This document shows positions 55,455 to 64,000 of a DNA stretch of 64,000 nt, one piece after another. Under the pieces are notes generated by a model. That model was not told where the DNA came from, searched no databases, and saw only the letters and a program-made list of their open reading frames with translations. Made by a program: the position numbers and the translations under genes. Origin of the DNA: Polyangiales bacterium (GTDB lineage Bacteria; Myxococcota_A; Polyangia; Polyangiales; Polyangiaceae); contig JBBRNJ010000027.1 of the NCBI GenBank assembly GCA_038230375.1, positions 1 through 64,000 on the forward strand, given 5' to 3'. Position 1 is the stretch's first letter. Each line of letters starts with the position of its first letter.

Positions 55455-57704
55455 TCAGTGCGGCGAGTCGCCGGGCCGTGGCTGCGGACGCTCGTCCTGG
55501 ACGATCGCCGACGGGTCGGTCGCGCCGTATCCCTCGCGGCGATAGTAGTAATACGAGTACGCGTACGAGTAGGCCGAGTTGTCGAAGTCGACGGCATTGA
55601 GCACTACGCCCATGATCGGAGCATCAACGTCGCGCAGAGCGCGCAGGCCCTGCTGCGCGATATCGCTAGAGGTCTTGAACGCCCGAACGACCATGATGAC
55701 GCCGTCCACGAGCTTGGCCGCGATCGTTGCGTCCGTCACCGCCATGAGCGGCGGGCTGTCGATGATCACGCGATCGAAGCGCTCACCAAGCTCATCCAGG
55801 AACTTGCGGAAGCGTACCGAGTGAACAATCTCCGCGGGGTTTGGTGGGATCGGACCCGAAGTCACGCAGGAGAGGTTCGGGACCTCAGTGGGCCGGACGA
55901 CCTCGTCGATGGTCGCGTCGCCGAGCAGGACGTTGGTGAGCCCAGCGTCACCGACGCGATCGAACACGCGATGGAGGCGCGGACGCCGCAGGTCGCAGTC
56001 AAGGATGCACACTCGCTGACCGCTCTGCGCAAGCGAGATCGCCAGCGTGCACGCGACCGTGGTCTTGCCCTCGGCCGGCGCTGAGCTGGTTACCAGGATG
56101 CGCCGGTTGGGGTTGTCCGGATTCATGAACATCACGTTGGTTCGGATCGTCCGTGCTCCCTCCGCGATGGTGGACATTGGACGGTGGTGCGCCACGAGCT
56201 CGGGTGGGCCCAATGGATCGGTGGACATGGGGCGCCGAGGCGACTTCCCCTTCTTGCGTTTGCCGCTTGTTCCGCGGATGCCCTCGGCATCGACGTCGGG
56301 TAGGAGGCCCAGGAAGGTGACGCCGAGTCGCTGATCGATGTCGTCTGGCGTCTTGAGGCTGCGGTCGGCTTGGTCGCGAAGGAACATCAAGGCAACACCG
56401 GCGACGAGGCCTACGAGCGTGCCGATGCCGGTGATCATCGGCACCTTGGGTCGAATCGGCACCTTCGGCTCCGGTGCGCTGTCGATCAACCGGATGTTGT
56501 TTGTGTTCATCATGCGGCGAAGGTCGGCTTCCTTCGTCTGCTCGAGGAGCACGCCGTAAAGGCGCTCGTTCTGCGCGCGGAGCCGATCCAGACGGTGGTA
56601 CTCTAGCTCCTTCAAGTTCAGCTCAACGGCCTTCCTGCGAGAGGCCTCATACAGGTTCAGCTCGCCGGCCTCTTGCCGCTCCATGATGGCGAGGTCGCGG
56701 CCGACGGCGCCCTGGATGTTCTTGATCTCCTCGTAGAGCATCTGTCGGGCCTGGGAGACCTTCTCGTCCGTCTTCTTCACGCTCGGGTGGTTGTCGCCCT
56801 TGCCCTCGGCGACGAGCTCTCGACGCTCCCGAACCGCGGTCTGGTAGTTCGTTCGGAGGCCACTGAGAAATGTGTTGCTCAGGAGCTCCGAGGAGGGAAC
56901 TTCCTCGATGTGGTCGGGGCTGATCTTGGAGAGCTCCGCATGGCGCGCCGCCAGTTCCTGCTTTCGCATGCGGGTGTGGGTGAGCGCGTTGTCGTACTCA
57001 TGCATCTCCTCGCGGACCTGCTTGGAGACCTCCTCCAGCGAGCTCGACGGAAGGTCATTCTTCTTCTTGAACTCGTGAAGCTGGTTCTCAGTGGACTCCA
57101 GTTCCCCATGAAAGTGATCCAGCTGCGTTGACAGCCACACGAGCGTGTCGCTTGTGGCGCTCACCGTCTTTTCCAGGTTCTGTGCGATGTACGCCCGCGA
57201 GACCGCATCCGCGAGGCGGCGGGCCTGCGCCGGTGAGGTATGCTCGATGCGTACGTTGACGAGGCGACTGCCCTTCACGGGCTCGATGGTTGCGTGCACG
57301 CGCAGTGCGCTGATCGTGTCCTCCAGCGGAACGGGGGTTGCTGGCTTGAAGCCCCAGAAATCAACGTCCGTCTGGAGGCCGAGGTCGCGCACGACAACGC
57401 CAAGGACGCGGTTCGACAGCATCACGCGGTACTGGGTCTCGTAATATGACTGCGTGTCCCACACGGCGCTCCAGCCGACCATGGGGTCCTGCTTGTTGCC
57501 GAGGGGACGAATGACGTCAGGGTCAAACTCGAGGAGCGTGGCGGCGTCGTACACCTTCGGCTGGCTCTTGCCGTAGAAGAGGGCAGCTGCACTCGAAAGG
57601 ACCAAGCTCACGACCAAGAACGGCCAGTGTTTGCGGACCACCCGCCGCACCATCTTGACGATGTCGGTTGCGTTCGCTTGTTTCGGAGGTGTCGGCTCGG
57701 CCAT
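55455..57704 (-). CDS. wzc: Polysaccharide co-polymerase / BY-kinase (Wzc)
   Basis: Two TMs flanking a coiled coil; Walker A SSAPAEGKTT, A' ILDCDLRRP, B VIIDSPP; C-terminal Tyr cluster YSYAYSYYYY. Confidence 0.93.
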   Translation of the reverse strand: MAEPTPPKQANATDIVKMVRRVVRKHWPFLVVSLVLSSAAALFYGKSQPKVYDAATLLEFDPDVIRPLGNKQDPMVGWSAVWDTQSYYETQYRVMLSNRVLGVVVRDLGLQTDVDFWGFKPATPVPLEDTISALRVHATIEPVKGSRLVNVRIEHTSPAQARRLADAVSRAYIAQNLEKTVSATSDTLVWLSTQLDHFHGELESTENQLHEFKKKNDLPSSSLEEVSKQVREEMHEYDNALTHTRMRKQELAARHAELSKISPDHIEEVPSSELLSNTFLSGLRTNYQTAVRERRELVAEGKGDNHPSVKKTDEKVSQARQMLYEEIKNIQGAVGRDLAIMERQEAGELNLYEASRRKAVELNLKELEYHRLDRLRAQNERLYGVLLEQTKEADLRRMMNTNNIRLIDSAPEPKVPIRPKVPMITGIGTLVGLVAGVALMFLRDQADRSLKTPDDIDQRLGVTFLGLLPDVDAEGIRGTSGKRKKGKSPRRPMSTDPLGPPELVAHHRPMSTIAEGARTIRTNVMFMNPDNPNRRILVTSSAPAEGKTTVACTLAISLAQSGQRVCILDCDLRRPRLHRVFDRVGDAGLTNVLLGDATIDEVVRPTEVPNLSCVTSGPIPPNPAEIVHSVRFRKFLDELGERFDRVIIDSPPLMAVTDATIAAKLVDGVIMVVRAFKTSSDIAQQGLRALRDVDAPIMGVVLNAVDFDNSAYSYAYSYYYYRREGYGATDPSAIVQDERPQPRPGDSPH

Positions 57705-57845
57705 ATAAGTCGGTATCTCGTTCGGCGGTAGTACTCGGGGGATGAGTTGCGTGGAGAGGGCAGACCATTCCGCGCGCGCGCTCAAACCCTGGAATTCAAG
57801 GCGTGTCCTAGCGCACCCAGGCGTGTGCGCAAGCGCTCAGGCGGT

Positions 57846-59087
57846 TCACTTGCGTGCCAGGCCGCGATACAGGCGCTCGTATCGAGGGATTCCAACGGTT
57901 TCCAGGCCGAAGTGCTTCTGGGCGGCGGCAAGGGTCGCGAGGGTCCGCTCAGGAATCGGCTGCCGACCCAACCTGATCACTCGCTCAGTGGCGACGCTCA
58001 CATCTGTTTCCGAGAAGGAGTCCAGGACGACGCAAGCTTCCAGCTCGCCCGCCAGCGCCGCCTGGTCTCCGATATCGCCGTTCACTACAACGGGCAGCCC
58101 CGCGGCGAGGTATTCGCCAACCTTGGTGGGGCTCGAGCCCTTCTTTGCGAACGAGCTCTGGATGAAGGACAGCGCGAGATCGCCGCCGGCGAGCATGGTG
58201 GGCATCTCGGACGGCGGCACGCGCATGGTCCGGTACTGGGCGGGGGGGAGTCCGGCCGAGATGGCGAGTTCTCGGAGGTTCGTGGGATCCCCCGGCGTCA
58301 GCACACAGAACGTGGTTCGCGGGTCGCGCGCGACGAGCCCACCGACGAAGCGTGCCATCTCCGGCTCTCTGTACACCGGGCCGAGCGAGCCCGCGTACAT
58401 GACACACGTCTCGTCGGTGAGTCCGAGCTTGGCCCTCGCGATCCTCCGGTTCTCGGGGGTAAAGCGAAACTTGGGGATGTCGGTGCAGCACGGGATCGCG
58501 TCGACCAGCAACCCCTCACGGATCCATCCGTTCTCCTGGAGCCAATCGCGGAGCGCGGAGGTGAGGACGACGAGACCGTCGGCCTTGGAGAAGAGGCGCT
58601 CCTCGTAGGCCTTGACCAGGTAGTACTCGGGTCGGTCCCTGCTCCAGTAGCCGCAATCCACATATTCATCCGCGAGCATGCCGCGGCAATCGAAGAGCAG
58701 CTTTGACCCGGGAGAGACGGTCGCGATGAGATCGCAGATGGCACTGGGAAAATAGCTTCGCCCGTGGACCACCTGCGGCCGTCGCAGAAGGGCGGTCACG
58801 AGCGCCGCGAGGGTGCCGCGCCCGGCCTCGAGGAGCTTGGTGCGGAGCCGTGGATCGCGCTTGCGCGTGAGGGCATGGTAGCGGATGCCCTCCTTCGCGA
58901 GGTCTGCGCGGAGTGCCGCGAGCGCTTCCTCCGGGGCTGACTCGAGCTCGAACGCGAAGAGATCGTACTCGACGCCACGCCGAGCCAGTCCTCGCACGTA
59001 CGGAAGAACCTGCGATTGGCCAAGGTTTTCGAGCATCCCGTTCTGCGAAATGTAGAGCGCGCGCATGGTCGTCGGTAGAGCATTCAT
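57846..59087 (-). CDS. Glycosyltransferase, GT-B fold (GT4-like)
   Basis: GQSQVLPY, VHGRSY, FDCRG, YAGSLG, SPTKVGEYLAAGLPVV. Confidence 0.88.
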   Translation of the reverse strand: MNALPTTMRALYISQNGMLENLGQSQVLPYVRGLARRGVEYDLFAFELESAPEEALAALRADLAKEGIRYHALTRKRDPRLRTKLLEAGRGTLAALVTALLRRPQVVHGRSYFPSAICDLIATVSPGSKLLFDCRGMLADEYVDCGYWSRDRPEYYLVKAYEERLFSKADGLVVLTSALRDWLQENGWIREGLLVDAIPCCTDIPKFRFTPENRRIARAKLGLTDETCVMYAGSLGPVYREPEMARFVGGLVARDPRTTFCVLTPGDPTNLRELAISAGLPPAQYRTMRVPPSEMPTMLAGGDLALSFIQSSFAKKGSSPTKVGEYLAAGLPVVVNGDIGDQAALAGELEACVVLDSFSETDVSVATERVIRLGRQPIPERTLATLAAAQKHFGLETVGIPRYERLYRGLARK

Positions 59088-59114
59088 GGTAAGCGTGGCG
59101 CCTCGCGGGTGCCT

Positions 59115-59888
59115 ATGAAAGTTGTCCTTCTAGCCGGTGGAATGGGGACGCGTCTCGCTGAGTACACGGAGGCGCGGCCAAAGCCGATGGTCGAGATCGG
59201 GGGCCGCCCGATCCTCTGGTACCTGATGCAGCACTACGCGCACTACGGCTTCGCGGAGTTCGTCGTGGCATTGGGCTACAAGGGCGACTTCATCAAACGC
59301 TACTTTCTCGACTACCACGGCCTTTCGGGAAGCATGTCCGTGTCCCTGAAGGACGGTCGGGTGACGCCACTGGGCTCGCAGGTGGTCGAGGAGTGGAACG
59401 TTGACCTGATCGACACCGGGCAGGACACGATGACGGGCGGTCGCGTGCTCCGTGCGCGCCCGTTCGTCCACGACTCCACGTTCATGGTCACCTACGGAGA
59501 CGGCCTCTCGGACGTGGACCTCGGCAAGCTGCTGTCGTTCCACAAGGCGCACGGGAAGATCGCTACGGTGACCGCAGTGCGTCCCCCGGCCCGCTTCGGA
59601 GGGCTCGTCTTCGAAGGAGACCGCGTGGCGGAGTTCACTGAGAAGCCGCAGATCGGCGAAGGCTGGATCAATGGCGGCTTCATGTGCTTCGAGCCGCGGA
59701 TCTTCTCGTATCTGAAAGCCGACGCCACGGTCCTCGAGAAGGACGCGCTCGAGGCGCTTGCTCGCGATGGCGAGCTCATGGCCTTCCGTCATGAGGGGTT
59801 CTGGCAGTGCATGGACACCGTCCGCGATCTCAAGGTCCTCGAGGGTCTGTGGAGTTCCAAGAATCCGCCCTGGAAGCTCTGGGCCTGA
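59115..59888 (+). CDS. rfbF: Glucose-1-phosphate cytidylyltransferase
   Basis: MKVVLLAGGMGTRL, PKPMVEIGGRPIL, TMTGGR, TYGDG, WINGGF, FWQCMDT.RD, PPWK. Confidence 0.95.
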   Translation: MKVVLLAGGMGTRLAEYTEARPKPMVEIGGRPILWYLMQHYAHYGFAEFVVALGYKGDFIKRYFLDYHGLSGSMSVSLKDGRVTPLGSQVVEEWNVDLIDTGQDTMTGGRVLRARPFVHDSTFMVTYGDGLSDVDLGKLLSFHKAHGKIATVTAVRPPARFGGLVFEGDRVAEFTEKPQIGEGWINGGFMCFEPRIFSYLKADATVLEKDALEALARDGELMAFRHEGFWQCMDTVRDLKVLEGLWSSKNPPWKLWA

Positions 59889-60047
59889 GCCCTCGGAGTG
59901 CCGGTACGCGCCCAACGGTGGGACTTCCGAATGTTCTCCGGCCTCGGGCACCAAAACGGGGGCCTTCAAAACGATCGTCCCGGCCCGCGACCGAGCTTGA
60001 GTCCGGGCGACGAAGAGGGGTAGAAGATCGCGGATCATGGTGTTCTC

Positions 60048-61034
60048 GTGAGCAGCTTTTTCACCGACCGTCCCGTCTTCGTGACTGGCGGCACTGGGCT
60101 CGTGGGCAGCTGGCTGTGCAGGCGGCTCGTAGAGGCCGGTGCAGACGTCGTGTGCCTGGTGCGCGACTGGGTACCCGCGAGCGAGCTCTCGCGCTCCGGC
60201 ACCATGGGCAAGATCCGCGTCGTCCGCGGCGACGTGTGCGATCAGGCCCTGATGGAGCGCGCGCTCGGCGAGTACGAGGTCGACACCGTCATCCACCTTG
60301 CGGCGCAGACCATCGTCGGTATTGCGAACCGCAACCCGGTGTCCACCTTCGAGTCGAACATCCAGGGCACGTGGGCGCTGCTCGAGGCATGCCGTCGCAG
60401 CCCCAAGGTGAAGTCCATCGTCGTTGCCAGCAGCGACAAGGCCTACGGCGACTGCGACAAGCTCCCCTACGACGAGACCACTCCGCTCGAAGGTCGCCAC
60501 CCGTACGACGTGTCGAAGTCATGCTCCGACCTCATCGCTCAGGCCTACGCAAAGTCGTACGGACTGCCTGTCGTCATCACGCGGTGCGGGAATTTCTACG
60601 GCGGCGGCGATCTCAACTGGAACCGCATCGTGCCGGGCACCATCCGCAGCATCCTCCGGAACGAGCGCCCGATCATCCGCTCCGACGGCAAGTTCGTGCG
60701 CGACTACTTCTACGTGGAAGAGGGCGCGCGCGCGTACATGATGCTCGCGGAGAAGCTCGCGAAGGACAGCTCGCTCATCGGCGAGGCGTTCAACTTCAGT
60801 AACGAGCTGCAGGTCACCGTGCTCGACCTGGTCGCGCGCATCCAGAAGGCGATGGGCTCGAGCCTCGAGCCCGACGTCCGCAACGAGGCCTCGAACGAGA
60901 TCATCCATCAGTACCTCTCCGCCAAGAAAGCGCGGGAGCGGCTGTCGTGGGCGCCGGAGCTCTCGCTCGAGGATGGGCTCGCGCGAACGGTCACCTGGTA
61001 CAAGGAGTTCGTCGGTCCAGAGGGGGCGGCGTGA
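60048..61034 (+). CDS. rfbG: CDP-glucose 4,6-dehydratase-like NAD-dependent dehydratase
   Basis: [38 protein letters not shown]; follows rfbF. Confidence 0.8.
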   Translation: MSSFFTDRPVFVTGGTGLVGSWLCRRLVEAGADVVCLVRDWVPASELSRSGTMGKIRVVRGDVCDQALMERALGEYEVDTVIHLAAQTIVGIANRNPVSTFESNIQGTWALLEACRRSPKVKSIVVASSDKAYGDCDKLPYDETTPLEGRHPYDVSKSCSDLIAQAYAKSYGLPVVITRCGNFYGGGDLNWNRIVPGTIRSILRNERPIIRSDGKFVRDYFYVEEGARAYMMLAEKLAKDSSLIGEAFNFSNELQVTVLDLVARIQKAMGSSLEPDVRNEASNEIIHQYLSAKKARERLSWAPELSLEDGLARTVTWYKEFVGPEGAA

Positions 61035-62302
61035 GCGCGATCACCTCGTGCCGCTCGTGCGGCGACAAGCGGCTCTCCATGGTGCTCTCGCTCGGCACCA
61101 CGCCGCTCGCGAACTCACTGCCGCTCATCACGCCTGATGTGCCCGACGCGCCGCCAGGGCAGGGGGACGAGCCGGAGCCGCGCTACCCGCTGGAGCTCGT
61201 CTTCTGCGAGGGGTGCACGCTGCTGCAGATCACGGAGACCGTGCCGCCGGAGATCCTGTTCCGCGACTACCGCTACTTCTCCTCGTTCTCCGACACCATG
61301 CTGCGTCACGCGAAGGACATCGCGGACCGCATGGCCACGGAGCTTTCGCTCGGAAAAACAAGCCTCGCGGCGGAGATCGCGAGCAACGACGGCTACCTGC
61401 TGAAGAACTACGTCGCGCGCGGCATCCCCGTGCTTGGCATCGAGCCGGCGCTCAACATCGCGAAGGTCGCGGAGGCGAACGGCGTTCACACGGTGGCCGA
61501 CTTCTTCGGGCGCGATCTCGCCGCGAAGCTCGCGAAGGAGGGCAAGCGCGCGTACGTGCTGCACGCGAACAACGTGATGGCGCACGTGCCGGACATCAAC
61601 GGCGTGGTCGCTGGCGTTGCCACGTTCCTTGCGGACGATGGCGTGCTCGTGACCGAGAGCCCGTACGCGAAGCAGATGCTCGACCACACCGAGTTCGACA
61701 CGATCTACCACGAGCACCTCTTCTACTATTCGCTCACCGCGCAGTCGGCGCTGTTCGAGCGGCACGGTCTCTACATCGCGGACGTCGAGGAGCTGCCGAT
61801 CCACGGCGGTAGCATTCGCACGTTCGTGCGGCAGCAGTCCTTTCGAGAGAAGGCAGGCGGCTCGCCGAGCGCGCGCGTGAAAGAGCTGCTCGCACGCGAA
61901 GAGGCCTGGGGCGTGCGCACGCTCTCCTCGTACATGCCGTTCCGCGATCGCGTGGCCGGGCTGAAGAAGAGCCTCACGGAGCTCATCGCCAAGCTCAAGG
62001 CCGAAGGCAAGACGATCGCCGCGTACGGGGCGGCCGCGAAGGGCTCCACGCTCCTCAACACGTTCGGCATCGGGCGGGAGTCTCTGGATTTCGTGGTCGA
62101 CCGCAGCGTGCACAAGCAAGGTCGCACCATGCCAGGCCTCAAGATCCCGATCTTGCCGGCGGAGGCTCTGCTCGAGAAGAAGCCGGACTACACGCTGCTC
62201 CTCACGTGGAACTTCGCAGACGAGATCCTCTCGCAGCAGAAGGCCTACCGCGACGCGGGCGGCAAGTTCATCGTGCCCATTCCCGAGGTCACCATCCGAT
62301 GA
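61031..62302 (+). CDS. NDP-sugar C-methyltransferase (class I SAM, N-terminal Zn site)
   Basis: [65 protein letters not shown]. Confidence 0.92.
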   Translation: MSAITSCRSCGDKRLSMVLSLGTTPLANSLPLITPDVPDAPPGQGDEPEPRYPLELVFCEGCTLLQITETVPPEILFRDYRYFSSFSDTMLRHAKDIADRMATELSLGKTSLAAEIASNDGYLLKNYVARGIPVLGIEPALNIAKVAEANGVHTVADFFGRDLAAKLAKEGKRAYVLHANNVMAHVPDINGVVAGVATFLADDGVLVTESPYAKQMLDHTEFDTIYHEHLFYYSLTAQSALFERHGLYIADVEELPIHGGSIRTFVRQQSFREKAGGSPSARVKELLAREEAWGVRTLSSYMPFRDRVAGLKKSLTELIAKLKAEGKTIAAYGAAAKGSTLLNTFGIGRESLDFVVDRSVHKQGRTMPGLKIPILPAEALLEKKPDYTLLLTWNFADEILSQQKAYRDAGGKFIVPIPEVTIR

Positions 62303-62820
62303 GCAACGCGCCGAACCCACCCCGCGTCAAGGTCACGCTTCCAGATGGCGCGCGCATACTGAAGGGGGAGCGCGCCATCGACGGCGTGAAGGTCATCCCG
62401 CTGCGCCGCATACCGGATGAGCGCGGGACCATCTTCCACATGCTCAGGAAGAGCGACCCGCACTTCATGCAGTTCGGCGAGATCTACTTCTCATCCGTTG
62501 TGGAGGACGCCGTGAAGGGCTGGCATCGCCACCGCGACATGACCTTGCACTATGCATGCATATCGGGACGTGTGAAGTGCGTGGTCTATGACGACCGCGC
62601 GGGCTCGTCGACGCGTGGCGGTGTCATGGAGATCTTCCTGGGTCCGGACAGCTATCACCTCCTGGTGGTCCCACCGGAGACATGGAACGGCTTCAAGGGA
62701 CTCGCAGCGGAGTCCATCGTGGCAAACGCGTGCACGCACGACCACGACCCCACCCGCAGCGATCGCCTGGATCCCCACAAGAACGACATTCCGTACGACT
62801 GGGCGCGGAAGGATCACTGA
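62299..62820 (+). CDS. NDP-4-keto-6-deoxyglucose 3,5-epimerase (RmlC cupin family)
   Basis: IDGVKVIPL..IPDERG, FGEIYFS, KGWHRH, DDR..S.T, IPYDW. Confidence 0.85.
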   Translation: MSNAPNPPRVKVTLPDGARILKGERAIDGVKVIPLRRIPDERGTIFHMLRKSDPHFMQFGEIYFSSVVEDAVKGWHRHRDMTLHYACISGRVKCVVYDDRAGSSTRGGVMEIFLGPDSYHLLVVPPETWNGFKGLAAESIVANACTHDHDPTRSDRLDPHKNDIPYDWARKDH

Positions 62821-62822
62821 CT

Positions 62823-63743
62823 GTGGGCACGCGCGTTCTCGTCACCGGAGGCGCCGGATTTTTCGGTTCGCGTGTGGCACTGCATTTCGCGGGCGACGAC
62901 GTCCACCTCTGCGATCGTCCAGACGCGTCCTGGGCACGAGCCGACGTACTGGGTGTCACGGCGGAGCGCCACGCAGTGGATCTCACGGACGCAGCCGCCA
63001 CCCGTAAAATGGTCCTCGACGTGAAGCCGGACGTGGTCGTGCACCTGGCCTGGTACGCGGTGCCCGGCAAGTACCTAACGTCGGTGGATAACTTGGGGCA
63101 CGTGAGCGCGGCGACATCGCTGTTCCTGGCGGCAAAAGATGCAGGATGCATGCGATTCTGCGGAGCCGGTACGTGCTTCGAGTACGATACGCGCCTCGGC
63201 ATCCTTCGCGAGGACTCGGCGACAAGGCCCGAGTGGCTCTATTCAGCGTGCAAGCTGGCCACCTACACCATACTCGAGCGCGCTGCCGCCGAGCTCGGCG
63301 TGTCGTTCGCGTGGATGCGCTTCTTCTTCCCCTACGGTCCGATGGAAGCGCCGGGACGCCTCTTCTCGGGCAGCATCGCGGAGCTGTTGGCTGGGCGTCC
63401 TGCCAGGACGACAGAGGGCGAGCAGATCCGCGACTTCATGCATGTGGATGACATCGCGCGCGCGGTGTCGGTGATCGCCCGGTCGCAGGCGACGGGCATC
63501 ATCAATGTCGCGACCGGCGTGCCCGTCAGCGTGAAGGCCGCAGTGAATGAGATCGCGAGTGCCGTGGGCCGGCCCGACCTCGTGGAGCTCGGGGCCATCC
63601 CGTACCGCGTCGGTGATCCGATGCATGTGCAGGCAGACGTGACGCGGCTGCGCTCGCTGGGCTTCACGCCACGGTACGATCTAAGGTCCGGCGTGCACGA
63701 TGCCGTGGAATTCGCTAGAGGAAGCAGGGAGAAGTCAGCATGA
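62823..63743 (+). CDS. NAD-dependent epimerase/4-ketoreductase
   Basis: RVLVTGGAGFFG, VHLAW, GTCFEY, YSACK, RFFFPYGP.E, RDFMHVDD. Confidence 0.88.
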   Translation: MGTRVLVTGGAGFFGSRVALHFAGDDVHLCDRPDASWARADVLGVTAERHAVDLTDAAATRKMVLDVKPDVVVHLAWYAVPGKYLTSVDNLGHVSAATSLFLAAKDAGCMRFCGAGTCFEYDTRLGILREDSATRPEWLYSACKLATYTILERAAAELGVSFAWMRFFFPYGPMEAPGRLFSGSIAELLAGRPARTTEGEQIRDFMHVDDIARAVSVIARSQATGIINVATGVPVSVKAAVNEIASAVGRPDLVELGAIPYRVGDPMHVQADVTRLRSLGFTPRYDLRSGVHDAVEFARGSREKSA

Positions 63744-64000
63744 GCTCCGCCGCGAAGATCACCCTCTGCGTCCCCACCATCGGCCGTATGGAATACTTGC
63801 CACAGACGCGCGCGTCCATCGAAGCGCAGACGATGAAGGACGGCGTGGACATCGTCATCCTCTGCAATGGCAGCTCGGAGGAGGCACGCGCCTACGTGGA
63901 TGCCTGGGCGGCGAGTTCCCGAAACATACGCCTCGTGCGCTCGAATCCGCGCGTACCGATGTTCGACAACTTCAACCTTGGCATCCAGACGGCCAACACG
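63740..64000 (+). CDS. Glycosyltransferase family 2 (partial, truncated by the window end)
   Basis: ATGA overlap; MSSAAKITLCVPTIGRMEYL...SIEAQT...IVILCNGS...NFNLG. Confidence 0.8.
   Translation, partial: MSSAAKITLCVPTIGRMEYLPQTRASIEAQTMKDGVDIVILCNGSSEEARAYVDAWAASSRNIRLVRSNPRVPMFDNFNLGIQTANT

Noticed and set aside
57724..57735. ops/JUMPStart element (GGCGGTAG) near wzc
   Set aside because: Incomplete match and on the strand opposite to wzc transcription
60037..60051. Four-codon uORF (ATG GTG TTC TCG TGA) overlapping the rfbG start
   Set aside because: Too short to distinguish from chance without ribosome profiling

Overview
GC-rich window whose gene content (many lipoproteins, Hanks-type Ser/Thr kinases, TPR/PEGA-like and Cys-rich repeat proteins, sigma-54 promoters) suggests a myxobacterium of the Polyangiales type; this assignment is inference. 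Housekeeping genes are tRNA-Gly(GCC), mgtE, purM-purN and ffh. Accessory genes include an RND pair, msrP, two tandem sulfatase-fold proteins, two tandem cupredoxin lipoproteins, an S1 protease and a LysR-controlled oxidoreductase pair. From about 48 kb there is a surface-polysaccharide locus: an O-antigen-ligase/TPR protein, pseudaminic-acid-type genes, wzc, glycosyltransferases and a CDP C-methyl deoxysugar pathway. The most notable observations are: (1) a kinase-TPR-lipoprotein operon whose Cys-rich lipoprotein ends in a non-splicing Hint autoprocessing domain, hidden by a 1-nt frameshift; (2) MsrQ fused to an FAD/NAD reductase plus a 2Fe-2S ferredoxin; (3) a PseI-GNAT fusion overlapping an inverted pseG by 220 bp; (4) one hexamer repeat family found both intergenically and in coding sequence. 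No CRISPR array, transposase, integrase or rRNA was seen. All calls come from reading motifs by eye; no database searches were run.
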